Positions 1-10,265 of a stretch of 64,000 nucleotides of DNA are shown here, piece after piece (the first letter of the stretch is position 1; the number at the start of each line of letters is the position of its first letter). The position numbers were made by a program, and so were the translations under genes. The stretch comes from Rickettsiales bacterium (GTDB taxonomy: Bacteria > Pseudomonadota > Alphaproteobacteria > Rs-D84): the NCBI GenBank assembly GCA_031260805.1, contig JAISKV010000001.1, positions 20,978 to 84,977 of the forward strand, in the 5' to 3' direction. The notes below the pieces were generated by a model that was given only the letters and a program-made list of their open reading frames with translations, did not search any database and had not been told where the DNA came from.

Positions 1-5
1 CCCGC

Positions 6-800
6 CTACGCGGGAATGACGACGGGGGTGCTGGGGCGCTTCTCAAAAATCATTGTGAATCGAGCCAGGAAACTTTTTCCGCACAGATGCGACATGAATG
101 CCTTGGCCCGCCACACGAATTTCATGACCGACATCGCGCGGCCGCGTTCCAGATCGGCCAGGCATTTTGCGGCGACTGCGTCTGGATTCGCGCCGTGCGG
201 AACGCGCGCGCGCGCCCCGCAACTGGCCACCATGGAAAAATTAGTATCAACCGATCCGGGGCACAGCGCGATAGTTTTTATTCCGCGCGATTTTAACTCT
301 GCGCGGATGCCGACTGTGAAATCCAGCATGAATGCCTTGGACGCGGCATACGCCGCAAAGCCGCCCATTGGCGCGAATGCCGCCAGGCTGGCCACATTTA
401 TTATCCGCGACCCGCGGTCCATGTGCGGCAGCGCCGCGCCCAGTATGGCGACCGGCGCGACAACATTTATGTCCAGCATGTCCAGGACCATGCCCGGGTC
501 TTGGTCTGCAAAGTTTCCATAAACGCCAAAACCGGCATTATTGATCAAAGTATCAATGACGATGCGGTGGTTTGTTTTTTGCAATTTTGCGATTATTTCA
601 GAAATGACGCGCGCGCCGCCCCGTCCGCCCAAATCGGCGGAAATATTTGTTATTTTAACGGTCGCGGATTTTATTGATGATTTTGCGCGCGATATCAGAA
701 AGATTTCGTCAATCCCGGGCCGGTTGGCCAATGCGTTGGCAAAAGATTTTCCGATACCGGAACTGGCCCCGGTTATAATAATGATTTTGTAGGGTTTCAT
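6..800 (-). CDS. short-chain dehydrogenase/reductase (SDR) family oxidoreductase
   Basis: N-terminal TGASSGIG Rossmann motif, NNAG motif and YAASK (YxxxK) catalytic motif; 264 aa. Confidence 0.85.
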   Translation of the reverse strand: MKPYKIIIITGASSGIGKSFANALANRPGIDEIFLISRAKSSIKSATVKITNISADLGGRGGARVISEIIAKLQKTNHRIVIDTLINNAGFGVYGNFADQDPGMVLDMLDINVVAPVAILGAALPHMDRGSRIINVASLAAFAPMGGFAAYAASKAFMLDFTVGIRAELKSRGIKTIALCPGSVDTNFSMVASCGARARVPHGANPDAVAAKCLADLERGRAMSVMKFVWRAKAFMSHLCGKSFLARFTMIFEKRPSTPVVIPA

Positions 801-872
801 GATATAAAGATATCAAATTTACTTTATCAGGGCAAGTATGGAATTTTATTGCATGGTCCGCGGGGCGAAGAG

Positions 873-948
873 TGGTGGCCAGGGACGGAATCGAACCGCC
901 GACACAGGGATTTTCAGTCCCTTGCTCTACCAACTGAGCTACCTGGCC
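873..948 (-). tRNA. tRNA-Phe (anticodon GAA)
   Basis: Reverse complement reads GGCCAGGTAGCTCAGTTGGTAGAGCAAGGGACTGAAAATCCCTGTGTCGGCGGTTCGATTCCGTCCCTGGCCACCA. It has a cloverleaf, a CTGAAAA anticodon loop, a GTTCGATTC T-arm and an encoded CCA. Confidence 0.9.
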
Positions 949-1026
949 GAAAGTTTACTTATTATACATATGCCGGACATAAAATCAAGAAAAAACAATT
1001 CTTTTATGTTATAATCAGCAATATAA

Positions 1027-1959
1027 ATGATGAGATGGAATTTTATCACTTTTTCACTATTTGTTTTTTTTGCGATGTCGGCGGTGCCGGCATTTGCCGT
1101 TGATTTTCCGACGGCGGTTTCTTTTCCCGGCGGGGCGGGTACCGCCGCGGATGACAGCAAATTAAGCGCGGCTGAATTCCCCAAGACCGAGATTTCCTTT
1201 GCAGACCGTGTCGCGCTTATGAAATCCGGGTTCGAGCCGTTCGAGACCCAGTATGATGCGGCCGGCCGGTGTATTTCCGGGTGCGCGTACGCTGGCATGA
1301 ATATGGAAGACGAATCGCGATTTTATCAGCGGCGGACCGAAATCGCCGTTGCCCGCGCCAAGATGATGGAGGCGATGAATCCAAGCAAGCCAAAGACTTT
1401 GCCCCTGCTGACCCAGATAGAGCAGGATGAATTAGATGATTCTGACGAATGGGATGATTCTGGATTTGATGACAATTTGACAGATGAAAAATACTCGGCC
1501 GCGGGCGGGCAATGCATGTACGAAACCAAGCCTGGTATAGCAAATTCAGAAATCCCGAACGGCTATCCGATAACTGGCGGCAAGATAACTTCGCACTATG
1601 GCCGGCGGACGCCGCCGGCGACAGGGAATGGCCGCGTGGGCAGCGCGTATCATTACGGGCTGGACATCGGCGTTCCGGTCGGGACTGGCGTGTTTTCAAC
1701 GATAGACGGCCGCGTGGCGGTGGCGGGCCGCAGCGGAGATTGCGGAAATTATGTCAAGATAACCGCTCGCAGCGGATTCTCGGTCGGATATTGTCATCTG
1801 TCTGATATACTGGTGCGCGTCGGGGATACCGTATCCGCCGGATGCATGGTTGCAAAATCCGGCAATACCGGAAATTCCAGCGGGCCGCACCTGCATTATA
1901 TGGTTTTTGATAAAAGCGGTTTCCGCGTCAACCCAATGCCTTTTATGAATAATGGATAA
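1027..1959 (+). CDS. M23 family (LytM-type) metallopeptidase, secreted
   Basis: Signal peptide MMRWNFITFSLFVFFAMSAVPAFA. M23 motifs HYGLDIG...HLH at the C-terminus. Acidic low-complexity linker. Confidence 0.8.
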   Translation: MMRWNFITFSLFVFFAMSAVPAFAVDFPTAVSFPGGAGTAADDSKLSAAEFPKTEISFADRVALMKSGFEPFETQYDAAGRCISGCAYAGMNMEDESRFYQRRTEIAVARAKMMEAMNPSKPKTLPLLTQIEQDELDDSDEWDDSGFDDNLTDEKYSAAGGQCMYETKPGIANSEIPNGYPITGGKITSHYGRRTPPATGNGRVGSAYHYGLDIGVPVGTGVFSTIDGRVAVAGRSGDCGNYVKITARSGFSVGYCHLSDILVRVGDTVSAGCMVAKSGNTGNSSGPHLHYMVFDKSGFRVNPMPFMNNG

Positions 1960-2977
1960 TAAACAAGAAATCTTTGGCAAACTTGTCCTGCTGCGCGCCC
2001 GCGGCATTGGTCCGGTAAAGTACAATAACTTGATTTCGCAATTCGGGTCGGTTGCCGCCGCGGTGGACGCTCTGAATCCTGCGACAGAACATACGGATTC
2101 CGTGCGGCGCGAAATGGACGCTGCGGCGCGGCTGGGCATTGTTTATATTTCGGATTGCGATCCGCGGTATCCGCAAAATCTGCGCGAAATAAAAAATCAT
2201 CCGCCGGTCATGACAGTGCGCGGAAATATCGCGGCGCTGTCGCGGCCGATGATCGCGATGGTTGGAACGCGGCACGCATCCGGCGCCGGGATAAAATTCT
2301 TTGCGAATGTCGCGCATGATTTGGCGGCTGGCGGCGCCGTAATCGTATCCGGGATGGCGATGGGGTCCGATACGGCCGCGCACAATGGCGCGCTGGCATC
2401 AGGATCGGACGCGGCGACGATTGCGGTCTTGGCCGGCGGCGCGGATTATATCTGGCCACTTGAAAACGAGCGGCTGTATCATTATATATGCGAGAGAGGG
2501 GCGATTGTCAGCGAAAGGCCTGTCGGATTTACGCCAACCGCAACAAACTTTATCCAGCGCAATCGCTGGATTGCGGGATTGTCAGACAAATTGATACTTG
2601 GCGAAGCGGATGATGGCAGCGGATCAGCCGCCACTGCCGGGTTTGCGCATGGGTACGGACGACCTGTTTTTGCGGTTCCCGGACATCCGGCGGATGATCG
2701 CGCGGCGGTTCCGAATCGGATGATTGCAAACGGCACGGCGGTTTTATTTTCAGGGGCGGATGATTTGTTGCCGAAACGACAAAAAACTGTCAAGAAAAAT
2801 ATTGACGAAAATAATTCTGGTGGTCCAGTGCTGGATGCGTTGTCGGGCATTCCAATATCTGAATCTGTATTGTCAGAAATGCTGGACCGCAATGTGTCGG
2901 ATATCAAGGCAGACTTGATTTTGATGGAGTTAAGCGGCCATGCGCAAAAATGCGACGGCGGCTGGGTCAGGGCATAA
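1952..2977 (+). CDS. dprA: DNA processing protein DprA (Smf)
   Basis: DprA Rossmann-like core including GMAMGSDTAAHNGAL motif; 341 aa; overlaps upstream gene stop. Confidence 0.8.
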   Translation: MDNKQEIFGKLVLLRARGIGPVKYNNLISQFGSVAAAVDALNPATEHTDSVRREMDAAARLGIVYISDCDPRYPQNLREIKNHPPVMTVRGNIAALSRPMIAMVGTRHASGAGIKFFANVAHDLAAGGAVIVSGMAMGSDTAAHNGALASGSDAATIAVLAGGADYIWPLENERLYHYICERGAIVSERPVGFTPTATNFIQRNRWIAGLSDKLILGEADDGSGSAATAGFAHGYGRPVFAVPGHPADDRAAVPNRMIANGTAVLFSGADDLLPKRQKTVKKNIDENNSGGPVLDALSGIPISESVLSEMLDRNVSDIKADLILMELSGHAQKCDGGWVRA

Positions 2978-3317
2978 AGAACAGAATCGCGATATTTCAT
3001 AATTATATTGCAAAGCGGCGCGCAAGCGCTGTTTTTTTATCGCGCAATACTGTGTGCTGACTGTGTAAATACATGGTATATACAATGTATTTACAAGGTG
3101 TTGGCGTGGTGTTGCAGGACGAATCGGGGTCAAAAAAAATATAAATAAAATGATTGTTAAAAAATTTGGCAAAGACTTTTTTTTATTTAATCTGACCAGC
3201 AGAGAACGGGAAGAAAAATTAAGAAATAAGAATTAAGAATTTGGCTATGGCGGACAAATTATGACCGGGATGAAAAATAATTCTTAATTCTTATTTCTTA
3301 ATTTTTAATTCAGCAAG

Positions 3318-4595
3318 ATGGGGGCGAATATGGCGGGAACAGCAGCGATTGCGCGGGGCACGGATAATATCATACTGGCTTTGCGCGAAAAATTGGGGGA
3401 CGCCACTTTTGATTCATGGCTCCAAACCGCCGCTATTGAAACCGCCGAAGATACGCTTGCCATAAATACCATATCCCGCTTTAACGCTGATTTTATATGC
3501 CGCAATTATTTGACGGCCATTGAATCGGTCGCCGGCGAATTCGGATATGGCGTGAAAATAATATGCGCGCCCACCGCCGCGCCGGTCAATGACAATGTGA
3601 TTCAGTCAAAAATCGCAATGCCGGCCGCGCGGGAAAATACCGGCGTCCGTTTCGGCGATTTCCTGTGCGCGCCGGAAAATCAGTTCGCGCTGTCGGCGGC
3701 GCAAAAGATAGCGTCCGGCGCCGCGTCATTTTCGCCTTTGTTTATCTATGGGCCGGCCGGTTGCGGAAAATCAATGATTGCGGCCGCGATTGAAAACGAA
3801 TTTGACGGCCGCGCGCTGCACATGACCGGCGCCCAGTTTGTTTCTGAATTCGTGCGCAGCATCGCGGCGCGGAATAATTTTGCATTCAAGGACTTTTGCC
3901 GCAATTGCGATTTATTCATTTTAGATGATATTTCCGCGCTGGTCGGCAAAAAGCAAACGATTGATGAATTCACAACTCTGCTGATGGACCTGGTCCGGGC
4001 CGGCAAGAATGTCGTCATAACCGCGGAAAATGCGCCGGGCCAGATCAGCGGATTTGACCGGCGGCTGCAATCATTGCTGGCATCGGGATTGGTTGCGGAC
4101 TTGACCGCGCCAACCGTGGACATCCGCCGCAGAATGCTGGTTGCCGGCAATGTTCCCGGTGAAATCGCGGCGCAAATTGCGGGCCGCATCGCGGCGAACG
4201 GGCATATTGTCGGCGGGATTGTGAAAAAGATAACGACTTGGCGCGATTTAATGGGAACGCCGATTACTGCGGCTGTCGCGGAATCATTAATCAGCGATTG
4301 CGCGCGGAAAAATCGCACGCCGCTGGCGATTGCGCGCGCGATGTCGGAAAAGACGGGAATTTCGTTTGATGACATATGCTCTGGCACGCGCGTGGCGTCG
4401 GTTGTGCGGGCGCGGGCGATGATGATGTTCGCATTAAAACAGACCGGGCGGCAAACGCTGTCTGAAATCGGCCGGATATTTGGGGACCGCACGCACGCGA
4501 CAGTGCTGCATGCGATCGCGATGGTGGAAAAAATGAAATCCGGGGATTTGATAATGTCTGCGGAATTGAACGAAATGTGCGAGATGTGCAGATAA
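3318..4595 (+). CDS. dnaA: chromosomal replication initiator DnaA
   Basis: AAA+ Walker A GPAGCGKS, Walker B LFILDD, and a C-terminal domain IV helix-turn-helix (IGRIFGDRTHATVLHA). Start uncertain: 3318 or the ATG at about 3330. Confidence 0.85.
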   Translation: MGANMAGTAAIARGTDNIILALREKLGDATFDSWLQTAAIETAEDTLAINTISRFNADFICRNYLTAIESVAGEFGYGVKIICAPTAAPVNDNVIQSKIAMPAARENTGVRFGDFLCAPENQFALSAAQKIASGAASFSPLFIYGPAGCGKSMIAAAIENEFDGRALHMTGAQFVSEFVRSIAARNNFAFKDFCRNCDLFILDDISALVGKKQTIDEFTTLLMDLVRAGKNVVITAENAPGQISGFDRRLQSLLASGLVADLTAPTVDIRRRMLVAGNVPGEIAAQIAGRIAANGHIVGGIVKKITTWRDLMGTPITAAVAESLISDCARKNRTPLAIARAMSEKTGISFDDICSGTRVASVVRARAMMMFALKQTGRQTLSEIGRIFGDRTHATVLHAIAMVEKMKSGDLIMSAELNEMCEMCR

Positions 4596-4622
4596 AAAAC
4601 GGCCGGCCGGCCGTTTTTTTTT
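4594..4622 (+). terminator. rho-independent terminator after dnaA
   Basis: A-run, GGCCGGCCGGCC palindromic stem, T-run immediately after stop. Confidence 0.7.
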
Positions 4623-4676
4623 AACGAGAAACGAACAACTAGCAGCGAGCAGCGATTGCCCCCCGTCGTCATTCCG

Positions 4677-4704
4677 AAAAAAAATCGCCCGCGGGCGATT
4701 TTTT
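4677..4704. terminator. bidirectional rho-independent terminator overlapping pgsA stop
   Basis: AAAAAAAATCGCCCGCGGGCGATTTTTT hairpin flanked by A and T runs. Confidence 0.65.
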
Positions 4705-5287
4705 ATTTCAATTTCTTGGTTTTGGCTGTGAATTCGCGGGTGTAATTAAACGCGCTCCACAAACTGGTGATGACCGCCAGCCACAGCACCCCGATTGCCA
4801 GGAACAGCAGCCATTTTGTCATAAAGATATTGTATATCCCCGCATTGATGCACGCGATCCACAGGAACATCAGGCCCAGCGAGAATGTCTGGCAGAACAA
4901 TTTGACCTTGCAGATTGAAAAGTATCCGTGTGATTTGTCATGCAGTTCAATCTTGTTAGCATTTCCGAATTCACGCAGTCCGGAAACATAGAATTCGCGG
5001 CATATCAGCAGCACTGCCGGAACAATGACCAGCCAGATTTGCAGAAACAGCGTCATCAGCAGCAATCCGTTCGCGACCAGCATTTTGTCCGCGATGGAAT
5101 CCATGATTTTGCCGAATTTGGTTTCCAGTTTGTACTTGCGCGACAGCCATCCGTCAACAAAGTCGGATATTCCGCCCAGCGCAAACAGCACCAGCGCGAC
5201 CCAATACCATTGCCACAGCATGGCGGGGACAACCGCAAACGCCGCAAACAAGCGGAAGATTGTCAGTATGTTTGGTAATTTTTTCAT
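4703..5287 (-). CDS. pgsA: CDP-diacylglycerol--glycerol-3-phosphate 3-phosphatidyltransferase
   Basis: CDP-alcohol phosphatidyltransferase motif region DxxDGxxSR...G...D; 194 aa polytopic membrane protein. Confidence 0.8.
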   Translation of the reverse strand: MKKLPNILTIFRLFAAFAVVPAMLWQWYWVALVLFALGGISDFVDGWLSRKYKLETKFGKIMDSIADKMLVANGLLLMTLFLQIWLVIVPAVLLICREFYVSGLREFGNANKIELHDKSHGYFSICKVKLFCQTFSLGLMFLWIACINAGIYNIFMTKWLLFLAIGVLWLAVITSLWSAFNYTREFTAKTKKLK

Positions 5288-5322
5288 AAGTTCTCCTTTT
5301 GCTTATGCCCCGATTATATCAA

Positions 5323-6717
5323 TTAAGGATGAAAATGTCCATATACTTTTTCGGCGATGGTTTTTGATACCCCCGGCACGCGCGCGATTGCCGCCGCGTC
5401 CGCGTTGGCCAGTCCGCGGATGCCGCCAAAATATTGCAATAATTCGCGCTTGCGCGCGGGGCCGATTCCTTCTATTTCCGCCAATGCCCCGCCCAGCATC
5501 TTTTTATCCCTGGTTTTCCGGTGAAATCCGATTGCGAATCTGTGGGCTTCGTCGCGCACGGCCCGCAGCATTAAAAACAGCCGCGAATCCCGTGGCATGG
5601 AATCGTCGGTCTTGCCATTCGGCAGGATAAAGTGTTCGTCGCCGTTTCGCACGACGCCTTTGACCACGCCGATCGCGGTTCCGAATTTTTTTGCGATATT
5701 CCATTGCGCCGGGCCGCCGTCCGCTATCAGCAGGTCCGATTGGCCGACATTAGTGCGGCTGATAAACTCGCCCATCATGCCGATGTCGTTCCCGGCAAGT
5801 TTTTTATCTTTCAGATGAAAATGCCGGTATTCGGACTTTACAAAGCCGGTCCGGTCAAAGCAAACGGCCGCCCCGACCGGGTTTTTCCCGAACAGGTGCG
5901 AATTGTCAAAGACAAACGCGCGGTCAAATTTTCGTCCCAGCCAATTTTCCAGGTCATTCCACGCGCCGTCCCAATCAATATTTTTAACCCTGGGTCTTCG
6001 TTTCCCGGCGACCGCGGTTTCGGTTATCGCGGCGATTTGATCGCGCAGGGCGGCGGCGTTCTCAAAATCATTCCGCTGCGCGGCGTCCGTCATTTTCTGC
6101 TTTAATTCCCGGATGACCAGTTCGGCGTTTCCGGACAAGATTTTCCGCGCCAGTTCAACCCGATTGGCATAGTCCGGATTGGGCACCACGCACGGCCCGC
6201 TGCACCGGCCGATTTGATAGAGCATGCATGGCCGCATCCGATTGCGCATGAATGAATCGGCGCAAGTGCGCAGCCTGCACGATTTCTGCAAATACCGTAT
6301 GGTCGCGTCCAGCGCGCCGACGGACGGAAATGGCCCGAACACATCTTTTTTGGCGGACAGTTTGCCGCGGTATTTTTCCATACGCGGAAATTCATGCCTC
6401 GACAGCACCAGGTAAGGGTACATTTTCCCGTCGGTCAGCATGATGTTGTACCGTGGTTTTTCAGTCTTGATTAATTTTTGTTCCAGGACCAGCGCGTCGC
6501 TCTCGGTCGGGACGGTTTCCCATTGGACCGCCGCGACCAGGGATCGCATTATCTGCTTGTGCGGTTCCAGTTTGGATATATCGGAATACTGTTTCAGCCG
6601 GGCGCGCAGATTCTTGGCCTTGCCCACATACAGAAGGACGCCGTCGGCATCCAGCATTTTGTATATGCCGGGGCCCGTCGGCGCGTTAAGAATCTTTTCC
6701 ATGAATTGATTTTCCAT
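5323..6717 (-). CDS. uvrC: excinuclease ABC subunit C (compact form)
   Basis: N-terminal GIY-YIG (GIYKMLDADGVLLYVGKAKNLRARL), UVR motif, C-terminal helix-hairpin-helix. Start trimmed to the internal ATG (MENQFMEKI). About 465 aa, shorter than typical UvrC. Confidence 0.75.
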   Translation of the reverse strand: MENQFMEKILNAPTGPGIYKMLDADGVLLYVGKAKNLRARLKQYSDISKLEPHKQIMRSLVAAVQWETVPTESDALVLEQKLIKTEKPRYNIMLTDGKMYPYLVLSRHEFPRMEKYRGKLSAKKDVFGPFPSVGALDATIRYLQKSCRLRTCADSFMRNRMRPCMLYQIGRCSGPCVVPNPDYANRVELARKILSGNAELVIRELKQKMTDAAQRNDFENAAALRDQIAAITETAVAGKRRPRVKNIDWDGAWNDLENWLGRKFDRAFVFDNSHLFGKNPVGAAVCFDRTGFVKSEYRHFHLKDKKLAGNDIGMMGEFISRTNVGQSDLLIADGGPAQWNIAKKFGTAIGVVKGVVRNGDEHFILPNGKTDDSMPRDSRLFLMLRAVRDEAHRFAIGFHRKTRDKKMLGGALAEIEGIGPARKRELLQYFGGIRGLANADAAAIARVPGVSKTIAEKVYGHFHP

Positions 6718-6778
6718 ACGGATTATGGTAATATAAAAAAGATAAAAATTAAAAGACAAAAGATAAAAAGGATTAAAA

Positions 6779-7288
6779 ATGAAGAAATCGTATTTCGTAT
6801 CTCGCATCACGGGCGCGACCGCTGAAAGCGGGCGGAGCATGATTGAAATGCTGGGCGTGCTGATGATCATGGGAATCATAACCGTCGGCGCGATAACAAT
6901 GATATCCGCCGCGATGCGCGGGCAAAAGCGATCCGGGGTTCAGGATGAAATCGCGCAGATTACAACCGGCGTGCGCCAATTGCTGGGCGAATACGACGAC
7001 TTTTCGCTGATTGACAACAATACTATATTCGGGGCGATCGGGGTGTCGAACAAGAACCCGTACGGCGGCCTGTACGAAGTATCCGTGGATTACAATAATC
7101 CCCAGCAGTTCATCGTTTCAATCCATGGCCTGAACAAATCGGATTGCGAGTTTTTCAAGACCAAGGCCTGGACGGATTCGGTCGGATATCAGTCGTCCGA
7201 CGGTAAATTCGGCGGAGCCGAGGCGGATCCCAGCGATTGCAACGCGTCAAGCGCGGGGAACACGGTGCACATAACTTTTGGAGAATAA
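6779..7288 (+). CDS. type IV pilin-like protein (prepilin-type N-terminal domain)
   Basis: Possible prepilin cleavage motif G|RSMIEML with Glu at +5. Hydrophobic N-terminal helix. Two C-terminal Cys (D-region-like disulfide). 19-aa leader. Confidence 0.6.
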   Translation: MKKSYFVSRITGATAESGRSMIEMLGVLMIMGIITVGAITMISAAMRGQKRSGVQDEIAQITTGVRQLLGEYDDFSLIDNNTIFGAIGVSNKNPYGGLYEVSVDYNNPQQFIVSIHGLNKSDCEFFKTKAWTDSVGYQSSDGKFGGAEADPSDCNASSAGNTVHITFGE

Positions 7289-8180
7289 TATGCCTGTGGC
7301 CCAGGTGCGAATTCCCCCGACCGAAGACGGTATCAAGATTCAGAAGTGGTTTGCGCGGCATTACGGATTGCCTTTCAGCGCGCTGGCGCGCCTTACGCGC
7401 GGCGGGAACATCCGCGTCAACGGCGCCAAGACAAACGACCGCGCGACGCTGTATGCCGGCGACATTGTGCGGATTCCGCCATTGCAGGATCGCAGCGGCG
7501 CGCCGGCGGAAACAGGCGGCGGGAAATTTTCGCTGGAAGATTTGGAACAATTGCGCCGCTGCATCATTTACAGCGATGAAGACCTGGTCGCGTTTAACAA
7601 GCCGGGCGGCTTGGCGGTGCAGGGCGGCACGGGGATAAAGAAGTCTGTGGACAAGATGGCGGCGGCGATGTTCCCGTATGACACGATGCTGCTGGTTCAT
7701 CGTTTGGATCTGGACACCAGCGGGGTTCTGGTTGTGGCCAAGAATCAAAATGCCGCGCAGAAATTATCCGCCCAGTTCCAGGACAAGACCGCGGTCAAGG
7801 AATACTTGGCAGAATTGAGCGGGGAATTATCCGGGACCGGCGGAACGATAGACAATTACTTGGCCGGCAAGCGGGTCTGCGCGGACAAGGAAGCATGCGA
7901 CGCGGGGGACAAGCCGCTGCGGGCGATTACCAAGTATCGCGTGATATCGGTTGGCGGCGGCGCGACGATGGTAAAGTTTCTGCCGAAAACCGGACGGAAT
8001 CATCAGTTGCGGCTGCACAGCGCGTTTTCGCTGGGCGCGCCGATTGTAGGGGATTCCTTGTATGGCGGCGGGGGCGGGCAATTACATTTGTTTGCGGCGT
8101 CGTTGTCATTCACGCATCCGCGCACGGGCAAGATTATGACGATAACTGCGCCGGCGCCGGAATGGGCGGCAAAAATTTGA
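7278..8180 (+). CDS. RluA-family 23S rRNA pseudouridine synthase (RluC/RluD-like)
   Basis: S4-like N-terminus; catalytic HRLDLDTSGVLVVAKN motif; 300 aa. Confidence 0.8.
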   Translation: MENNMPVAQVRIPPTEDGIKIQKWFARHYGLPFSALARLTRGGNIRVNGAKTNDRATLYAGDIVRIPPLQDRSGAPAETGGGKFSLEDLEQLRRCIIYSDEDLVAFNKPGGLAVQGGTGIKKSVDKMAAAMFPYDTMLLVHRLDLDTSGVLVVAKNQNAAQKLSAQFQDKTAVKEYLAELSGELSGTGGTIDNYLAGKRVCADKEACDAGDKPLRAITKYRVISVGGGATMVKFLPKTGRNHQLRLHSAFSLGAPIVGDSLYGGGGGQLHLFAASLSFTHPRTGKIMTITAPAPEWAAKI

Positions 8181-8201
8181 GTTATGAGTTGGAGTTAATA
8201 G

Positions 8202-10262
8202 TTGGAGTTAAGGACAAAGAAAATTTTAATTTATTCCTTTCGTTTCGCGATGATTTTAGTCGTGGGGCTGGGAATCGCGGCATACACCGCATTATCCAAG
8301 ATTGATTTGGAAAAACTGCGCGGCCAGGTTGTTTCCATGCTGTCCAGCGCGACCGGGCTGCCTGTGGAAATAGATGGCGAAATCAAGTGGCGTTTTTCAT
8401 TAAAGCCGCAGATTGCGTTGGAAAAAGTATCAATCAAAAATGCTGCTTGGGCCAAGCATGCCGATGGCGTCCAGATCGGGCGCATGACGGCGACGCTGAA
8501 CCTGTTGTCTGTCATCCGCGGCGCGCCAGCGATTGACAAGTTGCACATCCAGGATTTGCGCGTTTATTTAGAGCAGAATGGTCAAGGCGAATATTCCTTG
8601 CAGCCGGCGGCTGGTGGCAAGCATGATTCGCAATATCCGTTCAATACTGATTTGGGGTTTTATTCGCTGGAATTGTCAAATCCGAAAGTCGCATTGATAA
8701 CGCCGTCAAAGATGGATATTATTGAACTGTCCGGCGCCAAGTTGAAATATCAACACAGCCGGGACAATGTTTCATATTCCGGGTATGTCGCCCGCAGGGA
8801 TATGGTGGTTCCGTTCGTTGTGTCGCTGATGCCTTATAACAGCGATCGCCGGGTTTATCCGGTCAAGGTCGCGATTGCCACCGGCGGCGATCCGCTGATT
8901 GCAAACATCGCGCTGGAAGGAACCAGCCTTATTCCCATAGACTTTACGGCATCCGGCACTATTTCCGACATGAACGGGATTGCGCGGGTGTTTGATTTTG
9001 AGTTGCCTGACATCCAGGATATCAGGTTGAATGTATCCGGCGGATTTGGAAAAACGAATATAAAATTTCATAAATCAACAATTTCATCCGGCAGGAATGA
9101 TCTGACATTTTCCGGAAATTATGACTGGAAGTCCAATAAGATTTCCGCGAATATAAAGTCTTCGCGGCTCAGTCTGCTGGAACTGGTCCCAGGCCTGTAC
9201 AAGCCAGATCCATGGGTCCGGCCAAAGCGGGAACTGAATGTATTCCACGATACGCCGCTGGGCAAATACTTTCCGCGCAAAATGACCGCCGATATAACCG
9301 CGTCCCTGGGCAATCTGATAGTTTACCGCGATCTGGCGGTGAAAAACGCCAATATTGGGATAAAGTTGCAGGACGACCATCTGGCCGTTGATGCCAGCGC
9401 GGTTTTTGCCGGCGGCACCGTGCGCGCCGCCGCCGAAATTCTGAACAACGACGGCGTCCTGTCGGTTAAGGCCGCGTCCCACGGCGACCGTATTTCTGTC
9501 GGGGACCTGATGGCCGCCGTGCGCGAGCCGCGGACGATCTCCGATCTGCCCATGACTTACGACTTTTATCTGCAAGGATACGGGCGCGACCTGACCGGGC
9601 TGATGTCAACGGTCAGCGGCCCGATTTATATTTACTCGGCGGACAAGGGCTATGCCCACGAAGACATGATAGAATATTTCTATGGCCAGGATCTGATAAC
9701 CAAACTCCGGCAGGGCGTTCAGAATTTGTTCGTGTCAAAAAACAAAAACGATCAGATAAAAATCTCATGCGCGGTGGTTAACCTTAAAATCCGCGACGGC
9801 AAGATAGAGTCCGACAACGGCATCGCGATGGAATCAAACGCGATAAATGTCCTGGCGCGCGGGATGGTTGATTTGGGCCAGGAAAAAATCAATTCATCAA
9901 TCGTTATCACGCCTTCGCGCGGGATAAAATTATCGCTGGAAGGCAATGTTATAAATTTTGTAGAGTTTGCGGACAACTTGGCCGAGCCGACGATTAAAGT
10001 AAATGGCAGCGCGCTGGCATCGCGGGCGATAACCGCGGTGGGACTGGGGATTCTGCTGACGCCCTTCACAGGCGGACTGGGGCTGCTGGCGGGCGCGGGA
10101 CTGGGATATGTTTACAGCGAAATGCTTGACAACTGGCTGGCTGACGAGCATCCTTGCAAGACAGCGACGCGTTCCGGCGCGCCGGCGGCCAAGGGCGATC
10201 CGGACTGGCTGAACATGCCGGTATCCGAATTGGTCGGGACGATGATTAAAAATGATAAGTAA
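8202..10262 (+). CDS. AsmA-family outer-membrane biogenesis protein
   Basis: N-terminal membrane anchor followed by a large beta-rich periplasmic region typical of the AsmA/TamB-like family. Called on size and composition only. Confidence 0.5.
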   Translation: MELRTKKILIYSFRFAMILVVGLGIAAYTALSKIDLEKLRGQVVSMLSSATGLPVEIDGEIKWRFSLKPQIALEKVSIKNAAWAKHADGVQIGRMTATLNLLSVIRGAPAIDKLHIQDLRVYLEQNGQGEYSLQPAAGGKHDSQYPFNTDLGFYSLELSNPKVALITPSKMDIIELSGAKLKYQHSRDNVSYSGYVARRDMVVPFVVSLMPYNSDRRVYPVKVAIATGGDPLIANIALEGTSLIPIDFTASGTISDMNGIARVFDFELPDIQDIRLNVSGGFGKTNIKFHKSTISSGRNDLTFSGNYDWKSNKISANIKSSRLSLLELVPGLYKPDPWVRPKRELNVFHDTPLGKYFPRKMTADITASLGNLIVYRDLAVKNANIGIKLQDDHLAVDASAVFAGGTVRAAAEILNNDGVLSVKAASHGDRISVGDLMAAVREPRTISDLPMTYDFYLQGYGRDLTGLMSTVSGPIYIYSADKGYAHEDMIEYFYGQDLITKLRQGVQNLFVSKNKNDQIKISCAVVNLKIRDGKIESDNGIAMESNAINVLARGMVDLGQEKINSSIVITPSRGIKLSLEGNVINFVEFADNLAEPTIKVNGSALASRAITAVGLGILLTPFTGGLGLLAGAGLGYVYSEMLDNWLADEHPCKTATRSGAPAAKGDPDWLNMPVSELVGTMIKNDK

Positions 10263-10265
10263 AAA

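Noticed and set aside
849-1103. ORF-track ORFs 849-1103 (+) and 709-933 (-) overlapping the tRNA
   Set aside because: They span tRNA-Phe and AT-rich promoter DNA. Their translations, such as WWPGTESNRRHRDF, are tRNA sequence read as protein.
2978-3317. Possible oriC in the AT-rich dprA-dnaA spacer
   Set aside because: There are no clustered TTATCCACA-like DnaA boxes or 13-mer AT-rich repeats. The region is dominated by an AATTAAGAA-word palindrome (3217-3311). The replication origin cannot be placed from this window.
5323-6879. Extended 518-aa UvrC including 54 N-terminal residues (MIPMIISTPSISIMLRP...)
   Set aside because: The GIY-YIG domain starts at MENQFMEKI. The upstream residues are encoded by AT-rich leader DNA with no similarity to UvrC, so the start was trimmed to 6717.
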